Of a DNA stretch of 64,000 nt, positions 48,325 to 58,290 are shown piece by piece (the first letter of the stretch is position 1; the number at the start of each line of letters is the position of its first letter). Below the pieces are notes generated by a model. The model made no database searches and was not told where the DNA came from. It saw nothing but the letters and a program-made list of their open reading frames with translations. The DNA is from Verrucomicrobiota bacterium (GTDB lineage: Bacteria; Verrucomicrobiota; Verrucomicrobiia; Limisphaerales; SXQI01), in the NCBI GenBank assembly GCA_033762115.1, contig JANRLX010000134.1, positions 32,001 through 96,000 on the forward strand. Direction: 5' to 3'. The translations under genes were made by a program, and so were the position numbers.

Positions 48325-51300
48325 TTACTTTCTGACGCGGAGGAATAATCCGTTTTGCACCGAGGAAGGAACGGCGGTGCTCCAATTTCCTTCGTTGTCA
48401 GTCGTCAAGGTGACGAGGTCATTCCAATCATTCAAATCACTTGAACTCTCAAGAACCATTTCCATGTTTGGACGTGCATGAACAAAAATGCGTCCTGCTG
48501 CAATGGTGATTTGGGGGAGGCTGATTGGCAGGTCGATATTATCGATGAATCCAGCATCCAACCCATCTGCGAGGGCGAAATCCTTGACGTAAGACCATTC
48601 AAAGGAATTGGTCCCTTCAGGAACATCGAAGGTGAAACGGGCAAAGTTCGCCTGGGTTTGTCCAGACCAGCTGCCGATAATAACGCCATTTAACCGGAAT
48701 TCCAGCTTGTCATAATTCTTTTCAGAACTGACCAGGTAGTCAAAAGAACCTTGTCCTGCCTGGGTCATGGTGAACAAGGTCAGGCGATTGGTTGAATTAT
48801 TAGCGGTTGAGCCTGAGCTTGCGGCTTGTGCTCCGTCAGCAACTGTTGCGCTTTGCACGACAAATCCCTGGGTTACCCATGGCAACCTGTTGAATCCATT
48901 TTCGAAATCTTCAGTGAATGTATGAATTTTAAAGCGGGCACGCGCTTCGACCGGTCCCGTCAGCTGGAAAGTAAATGGATTGCGGGTGGAGAGCACATTC
49001 CCATTCACATCCTCCCATCGGTCGAAATCATATCCGGGATTTGGCGTGGCGAGCAGTGATACCGCAGAATTGATCGGATAATTGCCAGGACCGAAGGAAA
49101 CCACCCCATTGCCGAGGGAGCTTGCAGCCACTGAGAAGACCACGGAAGGCGTAAAGCTGTAGGTCATGGAGACAACGCCCGTTTTGCCGCCAAACCCGTC
49201 CACGGCGATCCGATACAACGTGTTTGCCCTGACACCCACGATCAATTCGGCAAACTGTGAATTTGGTGTGTCGTCATTGCTTCCGATCCGAACCAGCGTC
49301 GGAAGGGTCGTTCCGGTGTAGATGCCTAGCAATGTATCGATATCTGAGCCGTCAGTGGTCACGAATAATGCGCCGTCAGAAGGAGCACGCCATGACCACC
49401 AGACAGAATGGCCACCTTCATTTCCTCCATGATTCGGCTCCCCGAATTCCTTTTGCGCATTGGAATTGTCCGCTGAAACCGTGCCGCTGGCATTCGTCAG
49501 CATTGGAGCAAGGGCAAAAATATCGTTGGTGGTTGTCAGCGGTTGGTAAGTGACGGTGATTGTTTTCTGGGCTGAAATGTTTTCAGCCGCATCGATTGCC
49601 TTCACCGTAATCCGGTTCAAACCCATTTCCAAAAGATTGGTGCTCGCCCAGTTGGTCGTGCCGGAGGCGGCGATGGAAAGATTATCATTCACCTGAACCT
49701 GAACTTCGACCACTCCGGAAGAGTTTGGCTGCGGATCGAATGCTGTGCCGCTGATGCGAACATGTGGTTCACCACGACGCAGGACAATTCCGCTGACGGG
49801 TTCCAGAATAGTCACAACCGGCGGTGTGCTGTCTGGAGTGCCATTGCGTTCAATTCGTAAACGAACGAACCCGCGAGCGGTGGGGTTCGCCCCTGCAACC
49901 GCAATGTAATAGGTTGCGCCAGCGGTCACATCAAACGTGACGTAGGGGTTCATTTTGGTTCCGATATTGTCTGCCGCAGCAACCTGCGAAAGATTATCGA
50001 TACTGGTTCCACGGTAAACCGCGAGAACACTATCAAAGCTGGTTCCGGCAGCATCCACGATTACTGGACCGGTAAAGCTTGGAGACCAGGACCACCAAAT
50101 GGAAGCGTCGCGTCCTGGAACATTGGCATGGACCTGCTCGTTTGGTTCAATAGTTGCAAGACGGTTATCACCTTCGACCAGGTCACCAGCGGATTTTATC
50201 TTGATCGCATTGGCAATCAGGTCATTTGAAGGAGGCAACACCACCTGATAAAAAACATTGGTGGTAACAGATTGCTTTAAAGGAGCGGAAATAGTGAGTT
50301 GAAGAGGATAATTCCCGGGTAATGGCGAAGCGATAAACTGAGCTGTATAAATCGAATCAAGCGCCACTTCATCAGGAGCAGCGCCGTCATTTCTGAAGAT
50401 CACAGGTCCTGTGGTTCCCTCGAAGGTCCCGGTCACAGTGGCGTTGGTCACCCCCAGATCATCAGTCACTGTCACCTGAAATACCTGGGTGCTGCCTGCC
50501 TGAATAAAGGAGTTTCTCGAAGGAGTGAAGAACAGTTCGAGGGTCCCATCTTCAGAACCGAAAAGTGCGCGAGCAACGTTCAGGCGACCGCCTGTAAGGG
50601 TGCGGTTCCGCAGCGAAGGAACTGCGGTCACTCCATTCAACAAACGCTGACGGATTTCCGAATAGGTGGCATTGGTTGAAGTGGACCACAGTAATACCGC
50701 AGCTCCTGAAACGTGCGGGGCGGCCATACTGGTTCCATCAATGGTGTTGTAGGCATTATCAGAACCAATCCAGGTTGAATAAATCTCCACTCCTGGCGCC
50801 CCCAAATGAACATTTGTCGCCCCAAAATTGGAAAAATCCGCCAGGAGGTTGAATCGGTCCAGCGCTGCCACAGCAATAATGTTATCCACTTGATATGCAG
50901 ATGGATATCTTGGAAACGCGTCATTATCTGTCCCTTCATTGCCAGCCGATGCCACGAACAGAACTCCCGCATCACGTGCCTTAATGATTGAATTCAGCAA
51001 AGCCTGGGAAAAGGCTCCTCCACCCCAACTGTTCTGGAGAATGCGGGCCCCGTTCTCGACAGCAAAGTCAACACACTGAATGGCATCTGAGGTAAAACCA
51101 AAACCGTCCTCCGCGAGGAATTTGCATGCCATGATCTGAACATTCCAGGCAACTCCCACGTGTGAATTTCCGTCATTCGCAACTGCGCCAATGGTTCCAG
51201 AGACATGCGTTCCGTGACCATTGTCATCATCAGGATCTCCGGAATCTGCGACGGCATTTATCCCAAAGATGTTGTCCACGTAACCATCTCCATCATCGTC

Positions 51301-51888
51301 CAGTCCATTTTGGACCTCACCTGGGTTCCGCCACATTTGAGGGGCCAGTTCCCGGTGCCGATAATTCACTCCTGAATCAATGACCGCCACCACGATGGAA
51401 CGAGAACCAGTCGTTACATCCCACGCAGGCACAACGTTAATGTCATTACCCGCAACTCCTCCATTCTGCCCCTGGTTTCTCAATCCCCAAAGGGTTCCAT
51501 TGACAAACGCTGGGTCAGTTGGGGTGAGGGAGCCTTGCACCACATAATCCGGTTCGACAAATTGAAATAATCCGCTTTGTTGCAGTGCCGCGATGCGAGC
51601 CTTGAGCGCACCTTCCTGATCTCCGGCTGCAACATTCTGCCTGGCAAGACCCACATTAGGGTCAAGCAGGACCAGCCCAGTCACGCTGTAGCGATGGAGC
51701 ACTTGAAATTCACCTCCAGCAGCCTGGGCCTGGACCTGATCCGCAATTTCTGGCCGAAATTGTGCCAGTACTCGGGTCGGGTGAGCTTTCTTTCCGTCAA
51801 CTTCGATCGTTTCAGCGGCATGAGAAGCAATCCCGCTGACGAGCAGGATGCAAGCTGTCCAAATACGCACGTGGGCCTTCGCTATCAT
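48325..51888 (-). CDS. Secreted multidomain S8 protease (choice-of-anchor-X-like, two PPC-like, Ig-like and InlB B-repeat-like domains)
   Basis: Signal peptide; VIDSG / HGTHVSG / GTSMAAPH; NDGAAPDEVALDSIYT; two ND..A..SxWWSW..D..L.xY domains; ATPNPGYDFDRW. Confidence 0.92.
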   Translation of the reverse strand: MIAKAHVRIWTACILLVSGIASHAAETIEVDGKKAHPTRVLAQFRPEIADQVQAQAAGGEFQVLHRYSVTGLVLLDPNVGLARQNVAAGDQEGALKARIAALQQSGLFQFVEPDYVVQGSLTPTDPAFVNGTLWGLRNQGQNGGVAGNDINVVPAWDVTTGSRSIVVAVIDSGVNYRHRELAPQMWRNPGEVQNGLDDDGDGYVDNIFGINAVADSGDPDDDNGHGTHVSGTIGAVANDGNSHVGVAWNVQIMACKFLAEDGFGFTSDAIQCVDFAVENGARILQNSWGGGAFSQALLNSIIKARDAGVLFVASAGNEGTDNDAFPRYPSAYQVDNIIAVAALDRFNLLADFSNFGATNVHLGAPGVEIYSTWIGSDNAYNTIDGTSMAAPHVSGAAVLLWSTSTNATYSEIRQRLLNGVTAVPSLRNRTLTGGRLNVARALFGSEDGTLELFFTPSRNSFIQAGSTQVFQVTVTDDLGVTNATVTGTFEGTTGPVIFRNDGAAPDEVALDSIYTAQFIASPLPGNYPLQLTISAPLKQSVTTNVFYQVVLPPSNDLIANAIKIKSAGDLVEGDNRLATIEPNEQVHANVPGRDASIWWSWSPSFTGPVIVDAAGTSFDSVLAVYRGTSIDNLSQVAAADNIGTKMNPYVTFDVTAGATYYIAVAGANPTARGFVRLRIERNGTPDSTPPVVTILEPVSGIVLRRGEPHVRISGTAFDPQPNSSGVVEVQVQVNDNLSIAASGTTNWASTNLLEMGLNRITVKAIDAAENISAQKTITVTYQPLTTTNDIFALAPMLTNASGTVSADNSNAQKEFGEPNHGGNEGGHSVWWSWRAPSDGALFVTTDGSDIDTLLGIYTGTTLPTLVRIGSNDDTPNSQFAELIVGVRANTLYRIAVDGFGGKTGVVSMTYSFTPSVVFSVAASSLGNGVVSFGPGNYPINSAVSLLATPNPGYDFDRWEDVNGNVLSTRNPFTFQLTGPVEARARFKIHTFTEDFENGFNRLPWVTQGFVVQSATVADGAQAASSGSTANNSTNRLTLFTMTQAGQGSFDYLVSSEKNYDKLEFRLNGVIIGSWSGQTQANFARFTFDVPEGTNSFEWSYVKDFALADGLDAGFIDNIDLPISLPQITIAAGRIFVHARPNMEMVLESSSDLNDWNDLVTLTTDNEGNWSTAVPSSVQNGLFLRVRK

Positions 51889-52030
51889 CTGATTAGAGTA
51901 AAAATTCGGGTCTCGAATAGTTCAATATGAACCTGTTCCTGTCAATCTTCGTATCTGTTTGTTTCAACATTAAATCCGATTTCCCCCGATACCAATCCTC
52001 GGGGCTGGAAGGGAAACTGGGATTGTGAAA

Positions 52031-53749
52031 ATGTTCGGTTTAACACAGTTTAGCCTGCTATTCCTGTTATTGAACGGATTTCTGATGCATCATCTTTTTG
52101 GTTCGCAAACAGGAATGACCTGTCTTACTGAGCCATTTCAAACCTTCGATAACGGCTTGGAACGTCAAACGGAGCATTCTCCATTCCAAACGATCAAGAT
52201 CTTCCGTATCGCAGCGGCTGCGAGTGGGGAATTTACAGCATATCATGGAGGAAAGGAAGCAGCATTGAAGGAGGTCCTCACCGCTTTGAAACGCGCTTCC
52301 GACATCTTTGAACGGGAGGCAGGCGTTCGGCTCCAACCGATCACAAACATCGCCGACCTTATTTTTATTGATTCCCGGACCGACCCTTTTTCTGCCAACG
52401 ATGCTTCCATGACCACTATTCATGAAGCTCAGGATACGTTCGATGCCATTGTTGGTAATGCAAATTACGACCTGGGAATCCTCTTTAATACAGGGCTCTA
52501 CGGTCTCGCCTATATTCGCAGCGTTTGTGACCCCATGACCAAGGGTTCAGCGGTCATCGGGTTGCCCAATCCATCCGGAGACGCGTTTCACGTCAACTTT
52601 GTCATCCATGAAATTGCTCACCAATTCGGCGCGAATCACACTTTTAATTCTCCAAGCGGCCTTTGTGCGGAACGGCGTAATCCCTGGACTGCATTCGAAC
52701 CAGGAGCCGGTTCAACCATTATGAGTTATGCAAGTGTTCCCTGCCAGCCAGACCATTTCCAGACCGGGCATGATCCCTACTTTCATTCTGAATCGATCTC
52801 AGAGATACGTGCTTTCATCAAAAGCCCTTCAGCCAGTTGCGCCATGACGATTACAAGTTCAAATCGAATCCCAACTGTTCAGGCTGGAGGGGAATATTTC
52901 ATTCCCGTAGGGACACCGTTCGAATTAACTGCGATTGCCAGCGATCCTGATGGCGATCCGCTGACTTACTGCTGGGAAGAAAGGGACCTGGGGCCAGCCC
53001 AGATGCTCTCTGACCCCGATAATGGGCAAAGTCCGTTGTTTAGATCACGCCCACCGAGCGTGAATTCCACGCGTGTTTTCCCGATGTTGCCGCTGCCATC
53101 TGGCGAAAACCGGACACTCGAAGACCGGCTTCCCACGACAGATCGGACCTTACGTTTTCGGGTCACTGTCAGAGATAATCAAAATAATGGTGCCCTTGCC
53201 TGGGCTGATACCCGGATTTTTGTCACGAATGTGGCAGGTGCTTTCCGGGTTATTGTTCCGACGGGAACGGTTCAATTGGAAGAAGTTGTTCCCGTCCAAT
53301 GGGAGGTTGCCGGCACAGCTGGGCCCCCCTTCAACGCTGGCCAGGTAACCATTCTGCTCTCGACCAATTCAGGGCTGACCTTCGATTATGTCCTTTCAGC
53401 GGCGACAGCAAACGATGGATATGAAATCGTGAGGATTCCGGCTCTCAATAGCTCTGCTGCAAGGATTAAAGTTAAACCCTTGGGACAGGTTTTCTTTGCC
53501 ATCAATGACTCGGACCTGCAAATTTCCTCTGCTGGATATCATCTCTCCGTTACCGAACTTGATTCAGGCTCATTTCAACTCAGCTGGTATGGATCGGCGG
53601 GGCAGGTTTCTCATCTACAAAAAAGAGAGCTTCCGCATGGGACATGGGGAACTATCCTTTCAATAACAAATCAGGTTTCGACAACAAACAGGGTGGCTCT
53701 TGATTTTGACTTTTCAGGTAAAGGCTATCTCTATCGGATCGTCCAATAA
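52031..53749 (+). CDS. Secreted reprolysin-like (M12B) zinc metalloprotease
   Basis: HEIAHQFGANH zinc motif, Met-turn STIMSYA, DPDGDPLTYCWEE, PLFRS. Confidence 0.92.
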   Translation: MFGLTQFSLLFLLLNGFLMHHLFGSQTGMTCLTEPFQTFDNGLERQTEHSPFQTIKIFRIAAAASGEFTAYHGGKEAALKEVLTALKRASDIFEREAGVRLQPITNIADLIFIDSRTDPFSANDASMTTIHEAQDTFDAIVGNANYDLGILFNTGLYGLAYIRSVCDPMTKGSAVIGLPNPSGDAFHVNFVIHEIAHQFGANHTFNSPSGLCAERRNPWTAFEPGAGSTIMSYASVPCQPDHFQTGHDPYFHSESISEIRAFIKSPSASCAMTITSSNRIPTVQAGGEYFIPVGTPFELTAIASDPDGDPLTYCWEERDLGPAQMLSDPDNGQSPLFRSRPPSVNSTRVFPMLPLPSGENRTLEDRLPTTDRTLRFRVTVRDNQNNGALAWADTRIFVTNVAGAFRVIVPTGTVQLEEVVPVQWEVAGTAGPPFNAGQVTILLSTNSGLTFDYVLSAATANDGYEIVRIPALNSSAARIKVKPLGQVFFAINDSDLQISSAGYHLSVTELDSGSFQLSWYGSAGQVSHLQKRELPHGTWGTILSITNQVSTTNRVALDFDFSGKGYLYRIVQ

Positions 53750-53831
53750 ACATTGTCAAACCCCCTTTGCAAGCCTCTCAGGTCATTTGTCCATTGACGA
53801 AACAGGCAGGGTTGAAATCTAATCCGCCCCT

Positions 53832-55385
53832 ATGTTGAAGGTGCAACGTGCGCTGCTGTCGGTTTCAGATAAAATGGGATTGGTTCCTTTTGCCAGGATC
53901 CTGGCAGATGCCGAAATCGAACTGCTCTCAACGGGCGGCACTGCAAAAGCGCTTCGCGAAGCAGGGTTAAGTGTTAAGGATATCAGCGAACACACAGGAT
54001 TCCCTGAGATGCTTGATGGCCGTGTGAAAACGCTTCATCCGAAGGTCCATGGGGGTCTCCTATATATTCGTGGTAACGACCGGCATGAAGAAGCGGTTCG
54101 TGAACATGGAATCACTCCAATTGACCTGGTAGTGGTGAATCTTTATCCATTTGAAAAAACCGTCGCCAATCCAGACGTTTCACTCCATGACGCCATCGAG
54201 AACATTGATATTGGCGGGCCGAGCATGCTCCGCAGCGCGGCGAAAAATCATGACAGCGTCACCGTGATTGTTGATCCAGCGGATTACGAGGAAGTCGGAA
54301 AACAAATTCGTGCGACGGGGAACACCACACTCGAAATGCGACGTCAATTGGCCTGCAAGGTGTATGCCCGCACAGGAGCTTACGATCAGGCCATTGCCAA
54401 ACATCTTGAAAAAGCCTTTGGAACCGGAGCAAAATCTGCAAGTGAGGAACCTTTAAAAATAGAGGCGCCACTCGTTCAATCGTTGCGCTATGGTGAAAAC
54501 CCCCATCAAAAAGCTGCGCTGTACGGCAAATTCAATGATTATTTCCTGCAACTGCATGGGAAAGAACTTTCATATAACAATATCCTCGACCTTACCGCCG
54601 CAGCCAATCTGATCACGGAATTCAATGGGGAAAGTCCAACCCTCGCCATCCTCAAGCACACGAATCCATGCGGGGTGGGGCAGGGAGACACCCTTCGCGA
54701 AGCCTGGGAGAAAGCTTTTGCGACAGACAAACTAGCTCCATTTGGTGGAATTATCGCGGTCAGCCGAACTCTGGACCTCCTTTGTGCGGAGGCGATTGCA
54801 GAAATCTTTAGCGAGGTGATTATCGCTCCCGAGTACGATCCTGCAGCGCTGGAGTTGCTGAAAAAGAAAAAAAATCTTCGTCTTTTGAAAATATTAAAAG
54901 ATCCATTTACCTCTGGGCGTGTCGATCTGCGAAGCGTAGGGGCTGAATCATTTCTTTTACAGGAGCGAGATATCCGCAAAGTGGCTCCTGCTGACCTGAA
55001 AGTCGTCACCAAACGGCAACCAAGCCCGGAAGAATTAAAAGCCATGCTCTTTGGCTGGCGGGTGGTAAAACATTTAAAATCCAACGCCATTGTTTACACC
55101 GGCCAGGATAGAACCTTGGGCGTGGGGGCCGGGCAAATGAGCCGGGTGGATTCCAGCCGTATCGCGGTCTGGAAAGCGGGAGAGGCGGGATTGTCCCTGA
55201 AAGGAAGCGCGGTTTGCAGCGATGCGTTTTTTCCATTTCCAGATGGATTGATTGCCGCTGCAGAAGCAGGAGCAACTGCTGCAATCCAGCCAGGAGGATC
55301 AGTCCGTGACGCTGAAGTCATCGCCGCTGCTGATGAGCGAAACGTGACCATGGTCTTTACTTCAATTCGCCATTTCAGGCATTAG
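53832..55385 (+). CDS. purH: Bifunctional AICAR transformylase / IMP cyclohydrolase
   Basis: [49 protein letters not shown]. Confidence 0.98.
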   Translation: MLKVQRALLSVSDKMGLVPFARILADAEIELLSTGGTAKALREAGLSVKDISEHTGFPEMLDGRVKTLHPKVHGGLLYIRGNDRHEEAVREHGITPIDLVVVNLYPFEKTVANPDVSLHDAIENIDIGGPSMLRSAAKNHDSVTVIVDPADYEEVGKQIRATGNTTLEMRRQLACKVYARTGAYDQAIAKHLEKAFGTGAKSASEEPLKIEAPLVQSLRYGENPHQKAALYGKFNDYFLQLHGKELSYNNILDLTAAANLITEFNGESPTLAILKHTNPCGVGQGDTLREAWEKAFATDKLAPFGGIIAVSRTLDLLCAEAIAEIFSEVIIAPEYDPAALELLKKKKNLRLLKILKDPFTSGRVDLRSVGAESFLLQERDIRKVAPADLKVVTKRQPSPEELKAMLFGWRVVKHLKSNAIVYTGQDRTLGVGAGQMSRVDSSRIAVWKAGEAGLSLKGSAVCSDAFFPFPDGLIAAAEAGATAAIQPGGSVRDAEVIAAADERNVTMVFTSIRHFRH

Positions 55386-55467
55386 AAGCTCGGTTGATCC
55401 CCATTCCTTGTTTTTGAGCGAAACAAATTGTTTCGGTTTTTGTGTGGTTACGATTTAATTATCCATT

Positions 55468-56145
55468 ATGACCAGTCGTCGCGCTGCCATAAAGCGCGTA
55501 ACCAAAGAAACTCAGATTGCCCTCAAGCTGAATATTGACGGCTCTGGAAAATCCCGAATCCGGACGGGGGTGCCTTTCTTTGACCACATGCTGACCCTGT
55601 TCGCGAAGCATTCCGTAACGGACCTGGATTTGGTTTGCAAAGGGGATTTGGAAGTTGATGCGCATCATACTGTTGAAGATTGTGGAATTGCCCTGGGACA
55701 GGCATTTCTCCAGGCATTGGGAGAAAAAAAAGGAATCCGCCGTTATGGAACGGGGTTTGATCCCCGAAACCCTTCACAAAATAAAAGCTTGAGCGGAGAA
55801 GCATTCGTTCCCATGGATGAATGCCTGGCGCGTTGCGTGATTGATTTCAGCGGTCGGCCTTATCTGGTGTGGAGGGGGTTGGACCATCATTCATTGAGGA
55901 GCATTTCAGCCCAGGAAAAAGAGCAGGATATGTCCTCCCGTTTTCGGTTCGGTCTGGCCCGGGAATTTTTTCAGGGATTTGCCAACGAAGCCCGCTGCAA
56001 CCTGCATTTGGAACTTTTGTATGGGGAAGAGCCGCATCATGTTGCAGAGGTATTATTCAAGGCTTTTGCCAAAGCGGTGGACTTGGCCTGCCAGATTGAT
56101 TCCCGCATCTCCGGCCAACTCCCCTCAACCAAGGGAAAATTGTAG
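55468..56145 (+). CDS. hisB: Imidazoleglycerol-phosphate dehydratase
   Basis: TKETQI, FFDHML, DAHHTVED, PMDE, HHVAE..FKA, PSTKG. Confidence 0.96.
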   Translation: MTSRRAAIKRVTKETQIALKLNIDGSGKSRIRTGVPFFDHMLTLFAKHSVTDLDLVCKGDLEVDAHHTVEDCGIALGQAFLQALGEKKGIRRYGTGFDPRNPSQNKSLSGEAFVPMDECLARCVIDFSGRPYLVWRGLDHHSLRSISAQEKEQDMSSRFRFGLAREFFQGFANEARCNLHLELLYGEEPHHVAEVLFKAFAKAVDLACQIDSRISGQLPSTKGKL

Positions 56146-56178
56146 CCTCTCTGAATACCTGCATGAGGGGAAGCGTCA

Positions 56179-56790
56179 ATGAGTAAGAAGACGAACATCG
56201 ACTATCCGAGCGCGCAAGATCAGGATCTGGTCAAAGCGGCCCAAAAAGGTGACACAGTTGCCTTTGAGGAGTTGGTGGCTCGTCATCGGGATAAGATATA
56301 TGCCCGTGCGTTCAGCATGTTGCGGAACGAAGATGATGCGGTTGATCTTTCACAGGAAGCATGGGTAAAGGGTTGGCAAAGGCTGATCCAGTTTCATGGT
56401 GATTCCAGTTTTGCCACCTGGATGACCCGGATTGTGATCAATCTCTGTTTGGATCATATCCGGAAACAGAAACGGGTTCGTGCCGAGTCCCTCGACCAGA
56501 TTGAGGATGATATGGGCGGGGTGGAGCGTCAGATGCCGATCGTCAATCCCAACCCAACCGAGGGTCTGGAAAGAGGCGAGTTGAGAGTGCGCATTGATAA
56601 GGCGCTTGCTCAATTGTCGCACGAACACAGGACCGTCTTGATTTTGCACGAGTTTGAAGATTTGGAATATAAATTGATTGCCCAGAAAATGGAGTGCTCG
56701 ATAGGGACTGTGATGTCACGCCTGTTTTATGCGCGACGCAAAATGGCGGCTCTCCTGGCCAATCTGAAAAAAGAAGAATTTGAGAAGTGA
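56179..56790 (+). CDS. ECF RNA polymerase sigma factor
   Basis: GDTVAFEELV, DLSQE, FATWMTRIVINLC, LEYKLIA..GTVMSRLFYAR. Confidence 0.95.
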   Translation: MSKKTNIDYPSAQDQDLVKAAQKGDTVAFEELVARHRDKIYARAFSMLRNEDDAVDLSQEAWVKGWQRLIQFHGDSSFATWMTRIVINLCLDHIRKQKRVRAESLDQIEDDMGGVERQMPIVNPNPTEGLERGELRVRIDKALAQLSHEHRTVLILHEFEDLEYKLIAQKMECSIGTVMSRLFYARRKMAALLANLKKEEFEK

Positions 56791-57263
56791 TGAATAACGA
56801 ACCAAAATTGAAAATCCAGTCCTACCTGGATAACGAACTTTCCGCCACGGAAGGTCGGGAAGTGGCAGCCCTGTTGGAAAAAGATAGCAATGCCCGCGCC
56901 TTGTTTACTGAATTGAAGGACACCAAGGCATTGCTGGTCAATAACGAACCAACCTATAGACTGGCTGATTCCCGTGAATTTTACTGGTCCCGGATCGAAC
57001 GCGCCATTGCCGCTACTCCGCAGGAACCGCCCAGGGTTTTGGCCCCGTGGTGGTTGCGTGTGCTGGCTCCGCTGGCTGGATCTGCCGCAGTGCTCACGCT
57101 TTTGGTGAGTTTATCGTTATCGAACAAAACCCCAGAACAGCTTGTTTCCAATTTGGACGTGACAGAAACCTCCGCCTTGATCGAGGAAGAAGCTGGCGGA
57201 ATCAGCTTTCACTCTGCGAATCATGGCCTTACCGTGGTCTGGGTCGCTACCGGCGATCAGTAA
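56787..57263 (+). CDS. Putative single-TM anti-sigma factor
   Basis: Overlaps the sigma stop; SYLDNELS N-terminal ASD-like domain, TM helix, short periplasmic tail. Confidence 0.82.
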   Translation: MMNNEPKLKIQSYLDNELSATEGREVAALLEKDSNARALFTELKDTKALLVNNEPTYRLADSREFYWSRIERAIAATPQEPPRVLAPWWLRVLAPLAGSAAVLTLLVSLSLSNKTPEQLVSNLDVTETSALIEEEAGGISFHSANHGLTVVWVATGDQ

Positions 57264-57304
57264 TTTACAAATTTATTGATTCCAGTAACTTCTCATCACT
57301 TTCT

Positions 57305-57745
57305 ATGTTAAAACGCCTTGCGGTTTTCGCGCCTCTTTTTCTTCTGCTGCTCGCTTCTGTGCCTTCATCTCTGGCAGGCGATTTAAAGCTGAAGGCGCGG
57401 CTGATTTGGGGAACCAACGGTGAAAAACCGGAGGGCAAGGATCTCAAGGAAGTGGACTCCGCAATGAAGGAGAAATTGTGCGGGGTCTTCAAATGGAAAA
57501 ATTATTACGAGGTTAACTCCCAGGAAATCGTTGTTCCACACACTCAGTCAAAGACAATAAAAATGAGCGAGAAATGTGACGTGGAAATTAAATCGTCTGA
57601 TAAGGGAACAGCAGAATTTGTCCTGATCGGGGAAGGAAAACCGGTGAAAAAAGTTAAGCAGGCATTGCCAATGTCTGAATCCCTGGTCCTGGCCGGTGAG
57701 GACAAAAACGAGACTGCCTGGTTCGTGGTGCTGACACCGCAGTAA
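57305..57745 (+). CDS. Exported hypothetical protein
   Basis: ATG 57305 gives a clean signal peptide (MLKRLAVFAPLFLLLLASVPSSLA); the ORF-track 5' extension overlaps the anti-sigma gene. Confidence 0.8.
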   Translation: MLKRLAVFAPLFLLLLASVPSSLAGDLKLKARLIWGTNGEKPEGKDLKEVDSAMKEKLCGVFKWKNYYEVNSQEIVVPHTQSKTIKMSEKCDVEIKSSDKGTAEFVLIGEGKPVKKVKQALPMSESLVLAGEDKNETAWFVVLTPQ

Positions 57746-57756
57746 AAGAATCAGCC

Positions 57757-58224
57757 TCAGGTCGCCCGCCCGAAAAATTCCATCTGGTTTTCCCGCGCTG
57801 CTCCTTCCATGTACGCGTAGAGAGACAAGTCCTTGTTTTCTTCCTCCATCTGTCCGTCCAAAAGGGCCACCAACGCTCCGCTGTCATTGTTGCGCCGACC
57901 GGACCAAAGATCGACCCAGCTTCGGAACTGCTCTGAATGCGGAGATTGTCGATGTGCCGCAATGATGATCATATCAGCTTCCGCTGCCTGTTCTGCCGCT
58001 TTGATTTTTAAACCAGGAGTGGAAAGCACATCGATACTCCAAACAGATTTTTTCACATCGACATCCGAACCCAATTGACGAACCACATGATCACAGGTTC
58101 GCATCGCGGTACTGTTTGTCACATTGTCTTCGTAAGCAATCACTACCCTAAAAGGGGAGTTTTTAGGGCAAAGTTCCGCATTGCTTTGGGAGGACGAGGC
58201 TTTCATCAGAGATAAGTGTGACAT
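57757..58224 (-). CDS. Hypothetical alpha/beta protein
   Basis: RVVIAYED...VWS...AAEADMIIIA...ALVALL; start at 58224 or 58206. Confidence 0.65.
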   Translation of the reverse strand: MSHLSLMKASSSQSNAELCPKNSPFRVVIAYEDNVTNSTAMRTCDHVVRQLGSDVDVKKSVWSIDVLSTPGLKIKAAEQAAEADMIIIAAHRQSPHSEQFRSWVDLWSGRRNNDSGALVALLDGQMEEENKDLSLYAYMEGAARENQMEFFGRAT

Positions 58225-58290
58225 CTTTTGAGCAATGCAAAAACCCGAAATCTGCTTCAGGTAATTTCTTAGTCCCAAGTAAGGTATTGC

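Noticed and set aside
56152..56178. ECF-type promoter TGAATA-N16-CGTC before the sigma gene
   Set aside because: The putative -10 ends 1 nt before the ATG, so transcription would start inside the ORF; GAGGGG there is better read as the SD.
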